Position numbers and translations under genes: made by a program. A DNA stretch of 59,893 bases, the filler included. It is 4 parts of 4 records of this genome, joined end to end, with 100 filler letters (N's around TTAATTAATTAA, not from the genome) between each part and the next. Parts side by side here need not be neighbours in the genome. Positions count along the whole stretch, not along the records: positions 22,481 to 41,193 come from DRR723986_7442; 3 more parts are not named here. One strand, 5' to 3'. Below are positions 28,130-37,921 of the stretch, piece after piece; the stretch's first letter is position 1; every line of letters begins with the position of its first letter. The notes beneath the pieces were generated by a model. The model was not told the DNA's origin. It worked only from the letters and a program-made list of their open reading frames with translations, and did no database searches.

Positions 28130-31100
28130 ATGAAATCGAAGCGCAGTTTAGTACAGATATACCTCCTCAGCCTGGTTGCCTTGTCGGCAATTCCGCTAGC
28201 TGTGCTGGGTTACATCTGGATCGCCAAAGAGTACGAGCGCTACACTCAGCAGAGTGAGGATTGGCGCGACAGTTATATCGAGTCGCGCCGTGAACTGCTG
28301 CGTCGCGAGGTCGACAAGGCCGTTGAGTACTTAGAGTTTAGGCGCACTCAGCTCAACCGTCAGCTATACAACGACCTGCGCCACCAAGTGGCCATTGGTC
28401 TGTCTCTCATAGAGAACACGCGCAAGGAATATGTGGGTGAGAGCCGTAAGGAACAGCTGAGCCGCTTGCGCACAACAATGAGCTCGCTCAGCTTTCACGA
28501 CAACAACGGCTTTTTCTTTCTTTTCGATTCCGCCGGGCGGGCAATTTTGCCGCCCATGCATCCCGCTGGTGATAAACGCCTGAGCGACGGCAAGGTACTT
28601 AATGCCTTTGCCGAACAGATACGCTCGGTCACACAAAAGAAAAATTACGACTTTGTAGAATACCGAGTCACTGACAGCAGTCGCCCTGGCACCAGTGAGC
28701 GCAACTTCAGCTTTGTGTACTACTTTGAGCCGCTTGGCTTGTACATGGGGGCGAGTGTTTACCTGCATGACGAGATTGCGCGCGTACAGAAAGAAGTTGT
28801 TGAGCGTATAGCCGCTGTGCCCGTCGATACCGAAAACTCAATCCTGTTTATGGTGGACGGCGATGGGCGGCAGTTGGTCAATGGCTATGACCCCGAGGCA
28901 GTGGGCCAGCCAATGCCGGACGTGCTTGCCGTTACTCAGGGGTTGGACGCCGAAAACAACAGCTTGTTTACCGAGCTAAATTGGCGAAACCGGGAAGGCG
29001 GCCAGCAGCCGGTGGTTTCCTATATCCGTCGCTACCAGCCCTGGGGCTGGACCCTGGGCTCGGCAGTGTTTTTGGACGAGCTCAATGCCAAACTGTTGGC
29101 TGAGCGCTCCGCCCTGCAGAGCCGTGTAGAAGAACATATTTTATTCATACTGGTCATCGCCTTCGGCCTGATGCTGTTCTCGATGATCGCGGCGCGCTGG
29201 TTGGCTCGGCGCAGTGCGCACGGCTTCAATATCTTTCAGCAGTTCTTTGCCGACGCCAGCAAGCGTTCAACATTTATCGACGTGGAGCGGCTGCCGTTTG
29301 CCGAGTTTCAACACTTGGCGGAAGATGCCAACTTCATGGTCGAGAAGCGCACCCAAACGGAGCGCGCGCTTAAACTCAGTGAACGGCGCTTCCAATTAGC
29401 CTTGGATGCCGCCCAAAACCACCTCTGGGATCTCGACTTAAGCACTGGCTTAGTGACCGTGGGTGCCAGCTTCTTTCGCTCGCTGGGCTACACCCCACCG
29501 AGCAAGCCCTATGCCGTGGCGGCATTCAAAGAAATTGCCTACCCGGATGATCTGCAGATTATCGCCTCTGCCGTTGATAGTTGGTTGGGTTTGGCAACTG
29601 GCAATAGTGTCGAGTTTCGGGTTCGCGACAGCGACGGAAATTACCACTGGATATACAGTCGCGGCGACGTTGTAGAAAATGACGAGCGCGACCAGCCCCT
29701 GCGCGCCATGGGTATCATGACCGATATCACCGAGCGCAAGCGCATGGAGCAGGATTTGGTGGATGCACGCATTGCCGCTGAAGATGCGCTCCATGCCAAG
29801 AGTCAGTTCCTTTCAAGTGTGAGCCACGAGCTGCGGACACCGCTTAACGGCGTACTGGGCTACGCGCAATTATTGCAAAAAGAGCAGGGCTTCCCGCCAG
29901 ACAGCAAAGAGTATTTGCGCGCGATCGAAAGCTGCGGCAAGCACTTGTTGAACTTGATTAACGATGTGCTCGATCTGGCAAAAATTGAAAGTGGCAATAT
30001 CAATATCGTATGCGAAGCGAATGACCTCGATGATGTTATCGCCAGTGTTGGCGACATTGTCGGCCATCGCGCGAAGTCGAAAGGCCTGGAGTTCATCATT
30101 GAGGTTGGCGACGATGTTGAGCGCAAGCTGCAATTCGACGCCGTAAAACTGCGGCAGGTATTGGTTAACCTGCTCGATAACGCCGTCAAGTTCACCAACA
30201 GTGGACAGGTAGGCCTGAAGGTTGGTGTTAACGAAGTTGACGATAGCTTGCAGTTTGAGGTTCGCGACTCCGGTATTGGTATTCCCGCCGACAAGCTGCG
30301 AGATGTTTTTGAGCCCTTCCGCCAAGTGAATCCTCAAGACGGTAAGGGAACGGGGCTCGGCCTGTCGATCTGTCGCCGCTTGGTAGAGGCGATGGGTGGC
30401 AGTTTGAATGTGCGCAGCGAGGAAGGTGTTGGCAGCTGTTTCTACTTCCATATCCCGCTAATGCCTGTGTCAGAACAAAGCTCGCCGTTATTGGATGCGC
30501 CCGAAACGCCGGAGCCCGTCGCCGAAGAAGCCGAGATATCGGGTAATCCTGCGGTGATTGTTGCCGACGACGTTGCGGTGAATCGCCAGGTATTGCTGGG
30601 CATGCTCGAAGATATTACCGACGACGTTCGAGAAGCGGCGAACGGTCTTGAAGTGATAGAGCGTTTGAAGGAGCGCGACGCCGCCGTTATTTTGATGGAT
30701 TTGCGAATGCCGGAAATGGACGGCATGGAGGCAACGCGGATCATTAAGCAGGAAATGAAACACGATGTTGCCATTATTATGGCATCAGCCACCACCGACG
30801 AGGGAATGGTGGAAGAAGCGCGCTCCTTCGGCTGTGATGATTTCCTTCCCAAGCCGATTAGCATGGCAGACCTGTACAAGGTAATGGCGCGATTCTGCGA
30901 TACCGCCGTGCCGGACGATTCACCGGTGGCGAGCGTTGCGCCGGCGGCGTTAAAAGCGGGATATATCGATGTTTATCCGAACGCATCAGCGTCTGAGGAT
31001 GTGCCGCTGCCCGAGGAATTGCTGGAAAAATTAGCCCACGCCGTAGACCTCGGTGATGTCACCGGGTTGCGAGAACTGCTTGAGGTGCTGCGTAAGCGTC

Positions 31101-31219
31101 ACCCAGAGCAGCGCGAATTGAGCGAAGAGGCCGAGCGCCTCCTGCGTGAATTCGACTTTGAGCGCTTAGGGCAATTGTTCAAGTCAGTAAATGAAGGAGC
31201 CGCCGTCGATGGCACCTGA
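28130..31219 (+). CDS. Hybrid sensor histidine kinase (Cache-type periplasmic region, PAS, HisKA, HATPase, REC)
   Basis: Two TM segments flanking a Cache-like region (YQPWGWTLG); PAS ending in DITERK; SHELRTPLN; NLLDNAVKF; GTGLGL; LMDLRMP. Start 28130 or 28091. Confidence 0.92.
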   Translation: MKSKRSLVQIYLLSLVALSAIPLAVLGYIWIAKEYERYTQQSEDWRDSYIESRRELLRREVDKAVEYLEFRRTQLNRQLYNDLRHQVAIGLSLIENTRKEYVGESRKEQLSRLRTTMSSLSFHDNNGFFFLFDSAGRAILPPMHPAGDKRLSDGKVLNAFAEQIRSVTQKKNYDFVEYRVTDSSRPGTSERNFSFVYYFEPLGLYMGASVYLHDEIARVQKEVVERIAAVPVDTENSILFMVDGDGRQLVNGYDPEAVGQPMPDVLAVTQGLDAENNSLFTELNWRNREGGQQPVVSYIRRYQPWGWTLGSAVFLDELNAKLLAERSALQSRVEEHILFILVIAFGLMLFSMIAARWLARRSAHGFNIFQQFFADASKRSTFIDVERLPFAEFQHLAEDANFMVEKRTQTERALKLSERRFQLALDAAQNHLWDLDLSTGLVTVGASFFRSLGYTPPSKPYAVAAFKEIAYPDDLQIIASAVDSWLGLATGNSVEFRVRDSDGNYHWIYSRGDVVENDERDQPLRAMGIMTDITERKRMEQDLVDARIAAEDALHAKSQFLSSVSHELRTPLNGVLGYAQLLQKEQGFPPDSKEYLRAIESCGKHLLNLINDVLDLAKIESGNINIVCEANDLDDVIASVGDIVGHRAKSKGLEFIIEVGDDVERKLQFDAVKLRQVLVNLLDNAVKFTNSGQVGLKVGVNEVDDSLQFEVRDSGIGIPADKLRDVFEPFRQVNPQDGKGTGLGLSICRRLVEAMGGSLNVRSEEGVGSCFYFHIPLMPVSEQSSPLLDAPETPEPVAEEAEISGNPAVIVADDVAVNRQVLLGMLEDITDDVREAANGLEVIERLKERDAAVILMDLRMPEMDGMEATRIIKQEMKHDVAIIMASATTDEGMVEEARSFGCDDFLPKPISMADLYKVMARFCDTAVPDDSPVASVAPAALKAGYIDVYPNASASEDVPLPEELLEKLAHAVDLGDVTGLRELLEVLRKRHPEQRELSEEAERLLREFDFERLGQLFKSVNEGAAVDGT

Positions 31220-32762
31220 TCGCGGCGGAGAGCAGATACTGCTCGTCGACGACAATCCCACCAATCTCCAGGTATTGTTTAAGACGCTTGAAGGCAGTGG
31301 CTACCGGCTGTTGGCCGCGCGCGACGGTGAGTCAGCGCTCTACACGGCAAAGCGCGCCAAGCCCGCGCTGATACTGCTGGATGTCATGATGCCGGGGGTC
31401 GACGGCTTTGAGGTTTGTGAGCGCTTAAAAGCGGACCCCGAAACCGAAGATATCGTCGTTATTTTCCTCTCGGCATTGACCGATAGTCAGTCCAAAGTAC
31501 ACGGCCTGGCCATTGGTGGTGTCGACTATATCGCCAAACCCTTCCAGGCCGATGAAGTACTCGCGAGGGTGCGCACGCACATCAAGTTGCAGCGCCTGGA
31601 GCGAGCGCTCGCCAAGCGAAATAGCGAACTAGAGGATGAGAATCAGCGTATTCTCAACGCCGTGGATGAGGGGATTTTTGGCCTCGACAGCGCCGGAAGG
31701 GTTTCCTCGATGAACGCGCGTGCCGCAGAGCTCACCGGCTGGCCACAGGCTGACGCGCTGGGCGAGCCGCTGCTGGCACTGAAACTGTTCCCCGGCGACG
31801 ACGGCTTAAACCAAGCCTTGTCGCTGCTCTGCGAAGCCGGTGTGAGCTTGCGCAAGAACCACGTTGAGCTAACCGGCAAGGACGGCGAGCTGGTTCAGGT
31901 GGCCTTGAGCGGCAGCGCCAGCGCAGAGGGTGGGGCAGTGCTAGTATTGCGCGATATTGGCGAATGGCTGGCAAATCAACAAGCGCTGGAGGCGGCCAGA
32001 AACGAGGTGGACCACCAGCGTCAGCACCTGGCGCATATTGAGCGTTTAAGCACCGGGGGCGAAATGGCAGCGGGTATCGCCCATGAGGTCAATCAGCCAC
32101 TTACCGCAGTGAGTAATTACGCCCGCGTTGCCCAGCGCCTGCTGGCGGACTTACCCGATGCGCAGCGCAGTAAGCTGGACGATGTGCTGAGTAAAATCGG
32201 CGTGCAGGCCGAGCGCGCGTCGGCGGTGATTCAGCGGATGCGCAGTTACGTGAAAAAACCCTCAGGGGCGAAGGCGACACTGTCGCTCAATGAATTACTG
32301 GAGGACGTGTTGGCGCTGGCGGAGGTGGATTCGAAGGTCAACCGTACTCGCGTAGTGTTTATGGGCGCCAATGACCTGCCAACAGTCTATGGCGACGAAG
32401 TGCAGATTCAGCAAGTCGCCCTGAACCTGATTCGCAATGCGATGGAGTCGACCGCGGCGGCGCAAAGCACCAGGCCGGTTGAGGTGAGTACGTTTTTCGC
32501 CAACGGCCGGGTTGGTTTTCGCGTTCGTGATTTTGGTCTCGGTCTCGCAAAGGAAGTGGAAGAGCAGTTATTCAGCCCCTTCGTCACTTCCAAAGAGGGA
32601 GGGATGGGGATTGGTCTGTCAGTGTCCCAGACGATTATGCAGGGCCATGGTGGCGATATCGCCTACGAGGCCAACCCGGGTGGCGGGGCAGTTTTCTGTT
32701 GCGAATTTCCCGTTGCACAAGATCCAGCGTTGACGGATTCGCGTGACTCCGCCAGCGACTGA
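31209..32762 (+). CDS. REC-PAS-histidine kinase (FixL/NtrB-type kinase core)
   Basis: LVDD and LLDVMMP receiver; PAS; AHEVNQPL; NLIRNA; GMGIGL; overlaps the upstream kinase stop. Confidence 0.92.
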   Translation: MAPDRGGEQILLVDDNPTNLQVLFKTLEGSGYRLLAARDGESALYTAKRAKPALILLDVMMPGVDGFEVCERLKADPETEDIVVIFLSALTDSQSKVHGLAIGGVDYIAKPFQADEVLARVRTHIKLQRLERALAKRNSELEDENQRILNAVDEGIFGLDSAGRVSSMNARAAELTGWPQADALGEPLLALKLFPGDDGLNQALSLLCEAGVSLRKNHVELTGKDGELVQVALSGSASAEGGAVLVLRDIGEWLANQQALEAARNEVDHQRQHLAHIERLSTGGEMAAGIAHEVNQPLTAVSNYARVAQRLLADLPDAQRSKLDDVLSKIGVQAERASAVIQRMRSYVKKPSGAKATLSLNELLEDVLALAEVDSKVNRTRVVFMGANDLPTVYGDEVQIQQVALNLIRNAMESTAAAQSTRPVEVSTFFANGRVGFRVRDFGLGLAKEVEEQLFSPFVTSKEGGMGIGLSVSQTIMQGHGGDIAYEANPGGGAVFCCEFPVAQDPALTDSRDSASD

Positions 32763-33468
32763 GCAGGGACAGCTCGAGCTGGAGGGCCTGTCGGTGCGCT
32801 ACGTCGTGCGTCGCCAGTCGCAACGCCGCAGGCGCTTGGCGTTGCGCGTTTCCCCGAGCGGCGATGTTGAAGTTCGCGTGCCGCAACATACTCCCCAGCA
32901 CGAAATTGATGCAATGCTTCGCCGTCACGGCCGGTGGCTGAGGTCGTGTATTGAGCAGGCAGTGCCGGCGGCGCCGGCTCCTCAATATCGCTGTGGCGAC
33001 TATTTTTCCTATTTGGGTGAGCGTTGGCAATTGCGCGTTGAGCCGGGGCGTGGCACGAGCATTTTTCCCGAACAGCGTTTGCTGGTTATCAAAGCCAGAG
33101 ATCGAAGCCCGGAAAATATTCGCCGCTTGTTTTTATGCTGGTTACGCGATCGCAGCCGCGACTATTTTGCCGCTCGCCTAACGCAGCTGTCGGCGAGCCT
33201 GCCGTGGCCGCAGCCGCTGCCGCCGCTGCGTGTCAGGGCAATGTGTTCGCGCTGGGGGAGCTGCTCAAGGCGCGGTATTTGCTTGAATACCCGTCTGATG
33301 AAGGCGCCGCCACTGTGCATTGATATGGTCATTGTTCATGAGCTGTGTCACATCCGCGAGATGAACCACAGCAGCGCTTTTTACGCGTTGATGGATGCGG
33401 CCATGCCGGGCTGGCGAGACGCGAGCCGACAGCTGGATGCATTGAGTGATCAGCTGCTGGTTGATTGA
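32743..33468 (+). CDS. YgjP/M48-like zinc metallohydrolase
   Basis: SRWGSCS, LNTRL, HELCH and NHSSAFY. Confidence 0.88.
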   Translation: MTPPATEQGQLELEGLSVRYVVRRQSQRRRRLALRVSPSGDVEVRVPQHTPQHEIDAMLRRHGRWLRSCIEQAVPAAPAPQYRCGDYFSYLGERWQLRVEPGRGTSIFPEQRLLVIKARDRSPENIRRLFLCWLRDRSRDYFAARLTQLSASLPWPQPLPPLRVRAMCSRWGSCSRRGICLNTRLMKAPPLCIDMVIVHELCHIREMNHSSAFYALMDAAMPGWRDASRQLDALSDQLLVD

Positions 33469-34106
33469 CGCTGGTGATGTGCCGACACGGCGGTGAACAG
33501 CAGCACGCTGCTTTCTATTAACGACTCGCGGCTTTCGTGATAGCCATTTAACACCCAGCGCCGCGCCATTTGAACCACGGCGCCCACCAACCCTGCATAG
33601 ACCATGCTGTCATTGGCGGGTTTGCTGAACTCGGCAATACCCAGCACCTGAGCAAGTTCGCCGATCAATTCGGCAAACTCTTCCATCGCTTGATAGTAGA
33701 GCGTATCCATCGCTTTGCTCACGCCAAAGATCTCAAACAGGATGACCCGCGCCAGCTCCGGTTGTTTCTCCAGGGTTTCAAAAAACGCACTTAGCCCGGT
33801 GCGCATGGTTTGCTCAGTCGATAAGCCGGGAGCGGCAATGGCGTTCAGCATCGCGTCGCGAAGCAGGGCGGTTTGCTGTTGATACAGCTCGCCAAGCAGC
33901 GCCTCGCGGTTTGCAAACGACTCGTAGAAATAACGCTCTGTTAACCCCGCCGACGCACACAGACTGCGAACGGTTGCGTTGCTGTATCCCTGAGAAGACA
34001 CCACTTCCAGCGCCGCCTGCAGAAGAAGCTGGCGGCGTTCAGCGCGTCGCGCATCGGGGCTTTGGCCGCGATAAGAGCGGCGGCGTGCGGGGCTTGAATT
34101 TGTCAT
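33450..34106 (-). CDS. TetR family transcriptional regulator
   Basis: RSYRGQS...RRAERR and HTH TVRSLCASAGLTERYFYESF; ATG at 34106 chosen. Confidence 0.92.
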   Translation of the reverse strand: MTNSSPARRRSYRGQSPDARRAERRQLLLQAALEVVSSQGYSNATVRSLCASAGLTERYFYESFANREALLGELYQQQTALLRDAMLNAIAAPGLSTEQTMRTGLSAFFETLEKQPELARVILFEIFGVSKAMDTLYYQAMEEFAELIGELAQVLGIAEFSKPANDSMVYAGLVGAVVQMARRWVLNGYHESRESLIESSVLLFTAVSAHHQRQSTSS

Positions 34107-34115
34107 AGGCAAAAT

Positions 34116-34162
34116 TTTGACATGGCGCGTTGTCAAATGTAAAGTGACAACATGCATTGTCA
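34116..34162. promoter_or_regulatory. Twin palindromic operators TGACA-N8-TGTCA between tetR and the GMC gene
   Basis: TTTGACA-tggcgcgt-TGTCAAA (34116-34137) and TGACAA-catgca-TTGTCA (34145-34162), 27-bp period. Confidence 0.75.
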
Positions 34163-34226
34163 GAATGGCATCGGTTCTGACGGAGAGTCTTTTACCAAAG
34201 AGCGGCGCAGCGGCGCTGAGAGAACA

Positions 34227-35882
34227 ATGAGCAAACAACAAGACTACGATTTTGATTATTTGGTGGTGGGGTCAGGTTTCGGCGGTTCCGTTTCGGCTCA
34301 CCGGCTCACGCAGAAGGGCTATTCGGTTGCCGTGGTTGAATCGGGGAAGCGTTGGAATGCCGACAACCTGCCTGCCAGCAACTGGCGTTTTTGGCGTTGG
34401 CTGTGGCGCCCTCTGCTTGGCTTAAAAGGTTTCTTCAATATTCGCTGGTTCCGGCATGTGCTGATCTTGCAGGGCAACGCTGTTGGCGGCGGGTCGGTGA
34501 CGTATGCCAACACGCTGTTGGTGCCCAAGGAAACGGTGTGGGATGACGGCAGCTGGGCGGGCCTGACTAACTGGAAGCAGGTTATGCCCCGGCATTACGA
34601 TTCTGCCAGGGCGATGTTAGGGGTCACAGAAAATCGCATCCTTGGGCCCGCAGATCATGCGCTGAAAGAGATTGCTGACGACTGGGGCTGTGGCGACACG
34701 TTCTACCGAACACAGGTGGGCGTGTTTTTCGGCAACGAAGAGGATGAGCCGGGCACCCGTTATGACGACCCTTACTTTGGTGGCGATGGTCCGGCGCGTA
34801 ACAGCTGTATCGCCTGTGGTGGTTGCATGGTTGGTTGTCGGCACAATGCCAAGAATAGCCTGGATAAGAACTACCTTTACTTCGCAGAAAAGCAGGGCGC
34901 AAAAGTATTTGCCGAGAGCAAGGTCGTCGATGTGCGACCACTCGGCGATGCCCAAGGCTCGCAGGGCTATGAGGTCACGGCGATAAGCAGTACCTCTTTA
35001 TTTCGCAAAAATGTCCGCCGCTGGCGAGTGCGCTCGGTTGTGTTTGCGGCCTCGTCACTGGGCACTCAAGACTTGTTATTTAAACTGCGCGACAAAGGGT
35101 CGCTGCCAAATATTTCGTCGCAACTGGGTCGCCGGGTGCGAACCAATGCAGAGTCGTTGATTGGGGTTCGTGTGCCGGGCAATCCGGAAATGGATAAGGG
35201 GATTGCGATAGGTTCGGGGGTGTACCTGGATGAGCACACGCATATCGAAGCAACGCGTTATCCAAAAGGGTCCGACGCGATGGGCATGCTGGTTACGGCA
35301 ATGACGCGCGGCGATACAAGTGCCACGCGCATCGCTGTGTGGATCAAGACCGTACTCAAGCTCCTGCTAACCCGTCCCCTGCAGGGGATTCGCATGCTGA
35401 TCCCCTTTGGTATGGCCTCGCAAACGATTATTTTTCTGTGTATGCAAACCCTGGAAGGGCATATCGATATGCGCTACCGGCGCCCTTGGTACTGGCCCTT
35501 TAGCAAGAAAATGCTCAGTCATGGCGAACGCATTCCCACGTATATTCCTCAGGCCAGCGATTTCGCCCAGCGGGCGGCGGAAAAGCTGGGTGGAATGGCG
35601 GGAAGTTTGCTTACAGAGGTGCTCTTTAATATTCCTGCCACCGCGCATTGTATGGGCGGTGCGGCGATGGGGCGCTCTGCTGACGAGGGGGTGATTGATT
35701 ACCGCAACCGGGTGTTTGGCTACCAAAACATGTATATCTGTGACGGTTCCATGCTGGGCGCGAACCTGGGTGTAAACCCCTCGCTCACCATCACAGCCTT
35801 GACCGAGCATGCCATGAGTCACATTCCCGCCAAGCAGGAGCTCGCCGACGAAAACGCTGCCCCTAGCAGCGCTGCTGCCTAG
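34227..35882 (+). CDS. GMC family flavin oxidoreductase, cholesterol oxidase (ChoD)-like
   Basis: GSGFGGSV, GNAVGGGS, CIACGGCMVGC, AKNSLDKNYL, TAHCMGG and GVNPSLTI; ATG at 34227. Confidence 0.88.
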   Translation: MSKQQDYDFDYLVVGSGFGGSVSAHRLTQKGYSVAVVESGKRWNADNLPASNWRFWRWLWRPLLGLKGFFNIRWFRHVLILQGNAVGGGSVTYANTLLVPKETVWDDGSWAGLTNWKQVMPRHYDSARAMLGVTENRILGPADHALKEIADDWGCGDTFYRTQVGVFFGNEEDEPGTRYDDPYFGGDGPARNSCIACGGCMVGCRHNAKNSLDKNYLYFAEKQGAKVFAESKVVDVRPLGDAQGSQGYEVTAISSTSLFRKNVRRWRVRSVVFAASSLGTQDLLFKLRDKGSLPNISSQLGRRVRTNAESLIGVRVPGNPEMDKGIAIGSGVYLDEHTHIEATRYPKGSDAMGMLVTAMTRGDTSATRIAVWIKTVLKLLLTRPLQGIRMLIPFGMASQTIIFLCMQTLEGHIDMRYRRPWYWPFSKKMLSHGERIPTYIPQASDFAQRAAEKLGGMAGSLLTEVLFNIPATAHCMGGAAMGRSADEGVIDYRNRVFGYQNMYICDGSMLGANLGVNPSLTITALTEHAMSHIPAKQELADENAAPSSAAA

Positions 35883-35915
35883 GGGTAGCCTCCGCCCCGA
35901 AAACCGGGTCCAGGC

Positions 35916-37037
35916 TTAGAGCGGCAGTTGTAGTGACGCGTGGCCGCCGAGCTCGCGCTTGCCTGCTGCTGTCACGCTGATTTCCGCCCTCAGCGAGCGG
36001 CCGAGGGTATAGCGGATGCCGGCGTTGCCGGTATCTCTCTCGTAGCGGTGCTCGGCGTAGTTGTAACCCATAACGAGGGCAAATCGGCGGGTAACGTTCA
36101 AGCTCGCCGAGAGGTTGACGTCGCGACGCTGTGGCGCCTCGCCAAAGCGTGCTCTTGGCACGAGGTCACCCATGATCTGCACATCTCCCCAGGGGCGTCG
36201 ATAGTCGATCCCGGCGATCACCCGGCTGCGTTGGCGGTAGAGGTCACCGCTGGCTCCGCGCAGGGATTCGGTATACAAGTCTTTGACTAACAGGTGCAGG
36301 CCGACATGACCAATGGTATGTCGCATGCCGAGGTCGGCATTGAGTTGCACGCGGTTCTTAATGTCGGTGTCCCAGTCGAACACTTTATTCTTTTCGTAGT
36401 CATCGTAATCGATGCGACGCTCAAGCAAGCTGATGACCTGTATCTTGCCCAGAATTCCAAATTCAGTATTCGGCAGAACGTCCAGGCGGAAGTGATAATT
36501 AATGCCCGCGTGGTTTTCCAGCACGGCGGAGATATCCATGTAGGATTCTAGGTCGGGGCCGCCAAACAGGCCGGTTATTCCGGCAAAGCGCAGGCGATTT
36601 TCATCGCCTTCGTCATAGTAAAAGCGCGCGGTGCCACGCAGCTCGCTGCCCAGCCGGTAGTGAAACGGGCTCTCATTGGATGTTGCCAGAATAATTGTGC
36701 CGCGGCTGCGCAGGCTGGTGGTCGCGCCGTCCAAGGCTTCGAGCGCGTCGACTAAATCTTGTTCGTCACCCGGAATCAACAATAGGCCTCGCGACCTCGC
36801 CTCGAGATTTTCGCCTTCTTCTTTTACCTCCAGTGCTTTGTCCAGCAGGTCGTCCCTGTCGTCGAAGTAGATCTCGCCGTAACTGTAGAGCAGGGTTTCT
36901 TTTGGGTCGCGGCTGGTTTGTGCGTCAGCCGGATTGTTGTCCAGTGCGCGCAGGTCCACGGGTTTTGAGTGCTGTGCGATGGCAATGCAGCTGTACAGGT
37001 AGCAGGGGATAAGCAGTAGCTTAAGAAGTCGGCTCAC
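35916..37037 (-). CDS. TraF-like (TraF_2) outer-membrane beta-barrel protein
   Basis: Signal peptide from GTG 37037, NNPA motif, DDRDDLLD, NADLG and alternating beta-strand C-terminus; family call from memory. Confidence 0.55.
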   Translation of the reverse strand: MSRLLKLLLIPCYLYSCIAIAQHSKPVDLRALDNNPADAQTSRDPKETLLYSYGEIYFDDRDDLLDKALEVKEEGENLEARSRGLLLIPGDEQDLVDALEALDGATTSLRSRGTIILATSNESPFHYRLGSELRGTARFYYDEGDENRLRFAGITGLFGGPDLESYMDISAVLENHAGINYHFRLDVLPNTEFGILGKIQVISLLERRIDYDDYEKNKVFDWDTDIKNRVQLNADLGMRHTIGHVGLHLLVKDLYTESLRGASGDLYRQRSRVIAGIDYRRPWGDVQIMGDLVPRARFGEAPQRRDVNLSASLNVTRRFALVMGYNYAEHRYERDTGNAGIRYTLGRSLRAEISVTAAGKRELGGHASLQLPL

Positions 37038-37200
37038 TTGGGGCTCCGGTGTCGCGGCGCGACAGCTAGGCCGCATATTATGGTGTTTTGGCGAGGATAG
37101 CGGGGGCAGCTCAGGGCGGCAAGCGTCGGCGTAGATTCTTGTGTATGATTCTGAGCGTCGGCGATGACCGACAAATAACAATAACGATGTAGAGCGACTC

Positions 37201-37827
37201 ATGACTTCCTATGTTTCTGAGATAGCGCAGCGTAAAACGGTGTGCAGTTATCCCCGGGTTTTAACAGCTATTCACTGGTTGGTCGGTGGCGTGTTTCGGC
37301 TGCGAGGGTGGCGTTTTCAGATGCCTGCGCCGGCGCCGCGCAAATATGTGATGGTCGTTGCGCCGCATACCAGTAATTGGGACTTTTTCTTGATGGTAGC
37401 GCTTGGCGCTGCGCTGGGGCGACAGGTGCGCTTTATGGGCAAGCACAGCTTATTTCTCGGCCCGCTTGGGAGCTTGCTGCGTTGGTTAGGCGGTATTGCG
37501 GTAGAGCGCACAAGTCGACATAACTTTGTTGAGCATATGGTTGAGCAATTTCACAATACCGATGACATGGTGCTAATTATTGCCCCGGAAGGTACGCGCA
37601 AGGCCGTAGAGCGCTGGAAGGGCGGCTTCTACCATATTGCTGCAGGGGCGGGTGTGCCCATTGTGCCGGTGTATCTTGATTACGCGGAAAAACGGGTTGG
37701 CTTCGCGTCGCCGTGTCTACCCACTGGCGATATGGATGCGGATATGGTCGATATCCAGCAGTGCTATGAGCGCGTCACTGCTCGTCACCCCTCCGGCGAT
37801 AGCAGCCATCCCAACAAAGGTAGGTAG
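37201..37827 (+). CDS. Lysophospholipid acyltransferase family protein
   Basis: APHTSNWDF, APEGTR and WKGGFYHIA. Confidence 0.9.
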   Translation: MTSYVSEIAQRKTVCSYPRVLTAIHWLVGGVFRLRGWRFQMPAPAPRKYVMVVAPHTSNWDFFLMVALGAALGRQVRFMGKHSLFLGPLGSLLRWLGGIAVERTSRHNFVEHMVEQFHNTDDMVLIIAPEGTRKAVERWKGGFYHIAAGAGVPIVPVYLDYAEKRVGFASPCLPTGDMDADMVDIQQCYERVTARHPSGDSSHPNKGR

Positions 37828-37921
37828 ATTACCCAATAACCCTGGGCGGTGTGCTTGCTGACAATGTAATTTTGCGTAAAACGGCTACACTCAGCGCATT
37901 ACCACAGCGAGGCGGCAAGTC

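Noticed and set aside
35916-37037. TraF-like gene as evidence of a conjugative element
   Set aside because: No relaxase, coupling protein, T4SS genes or att sites nearby.
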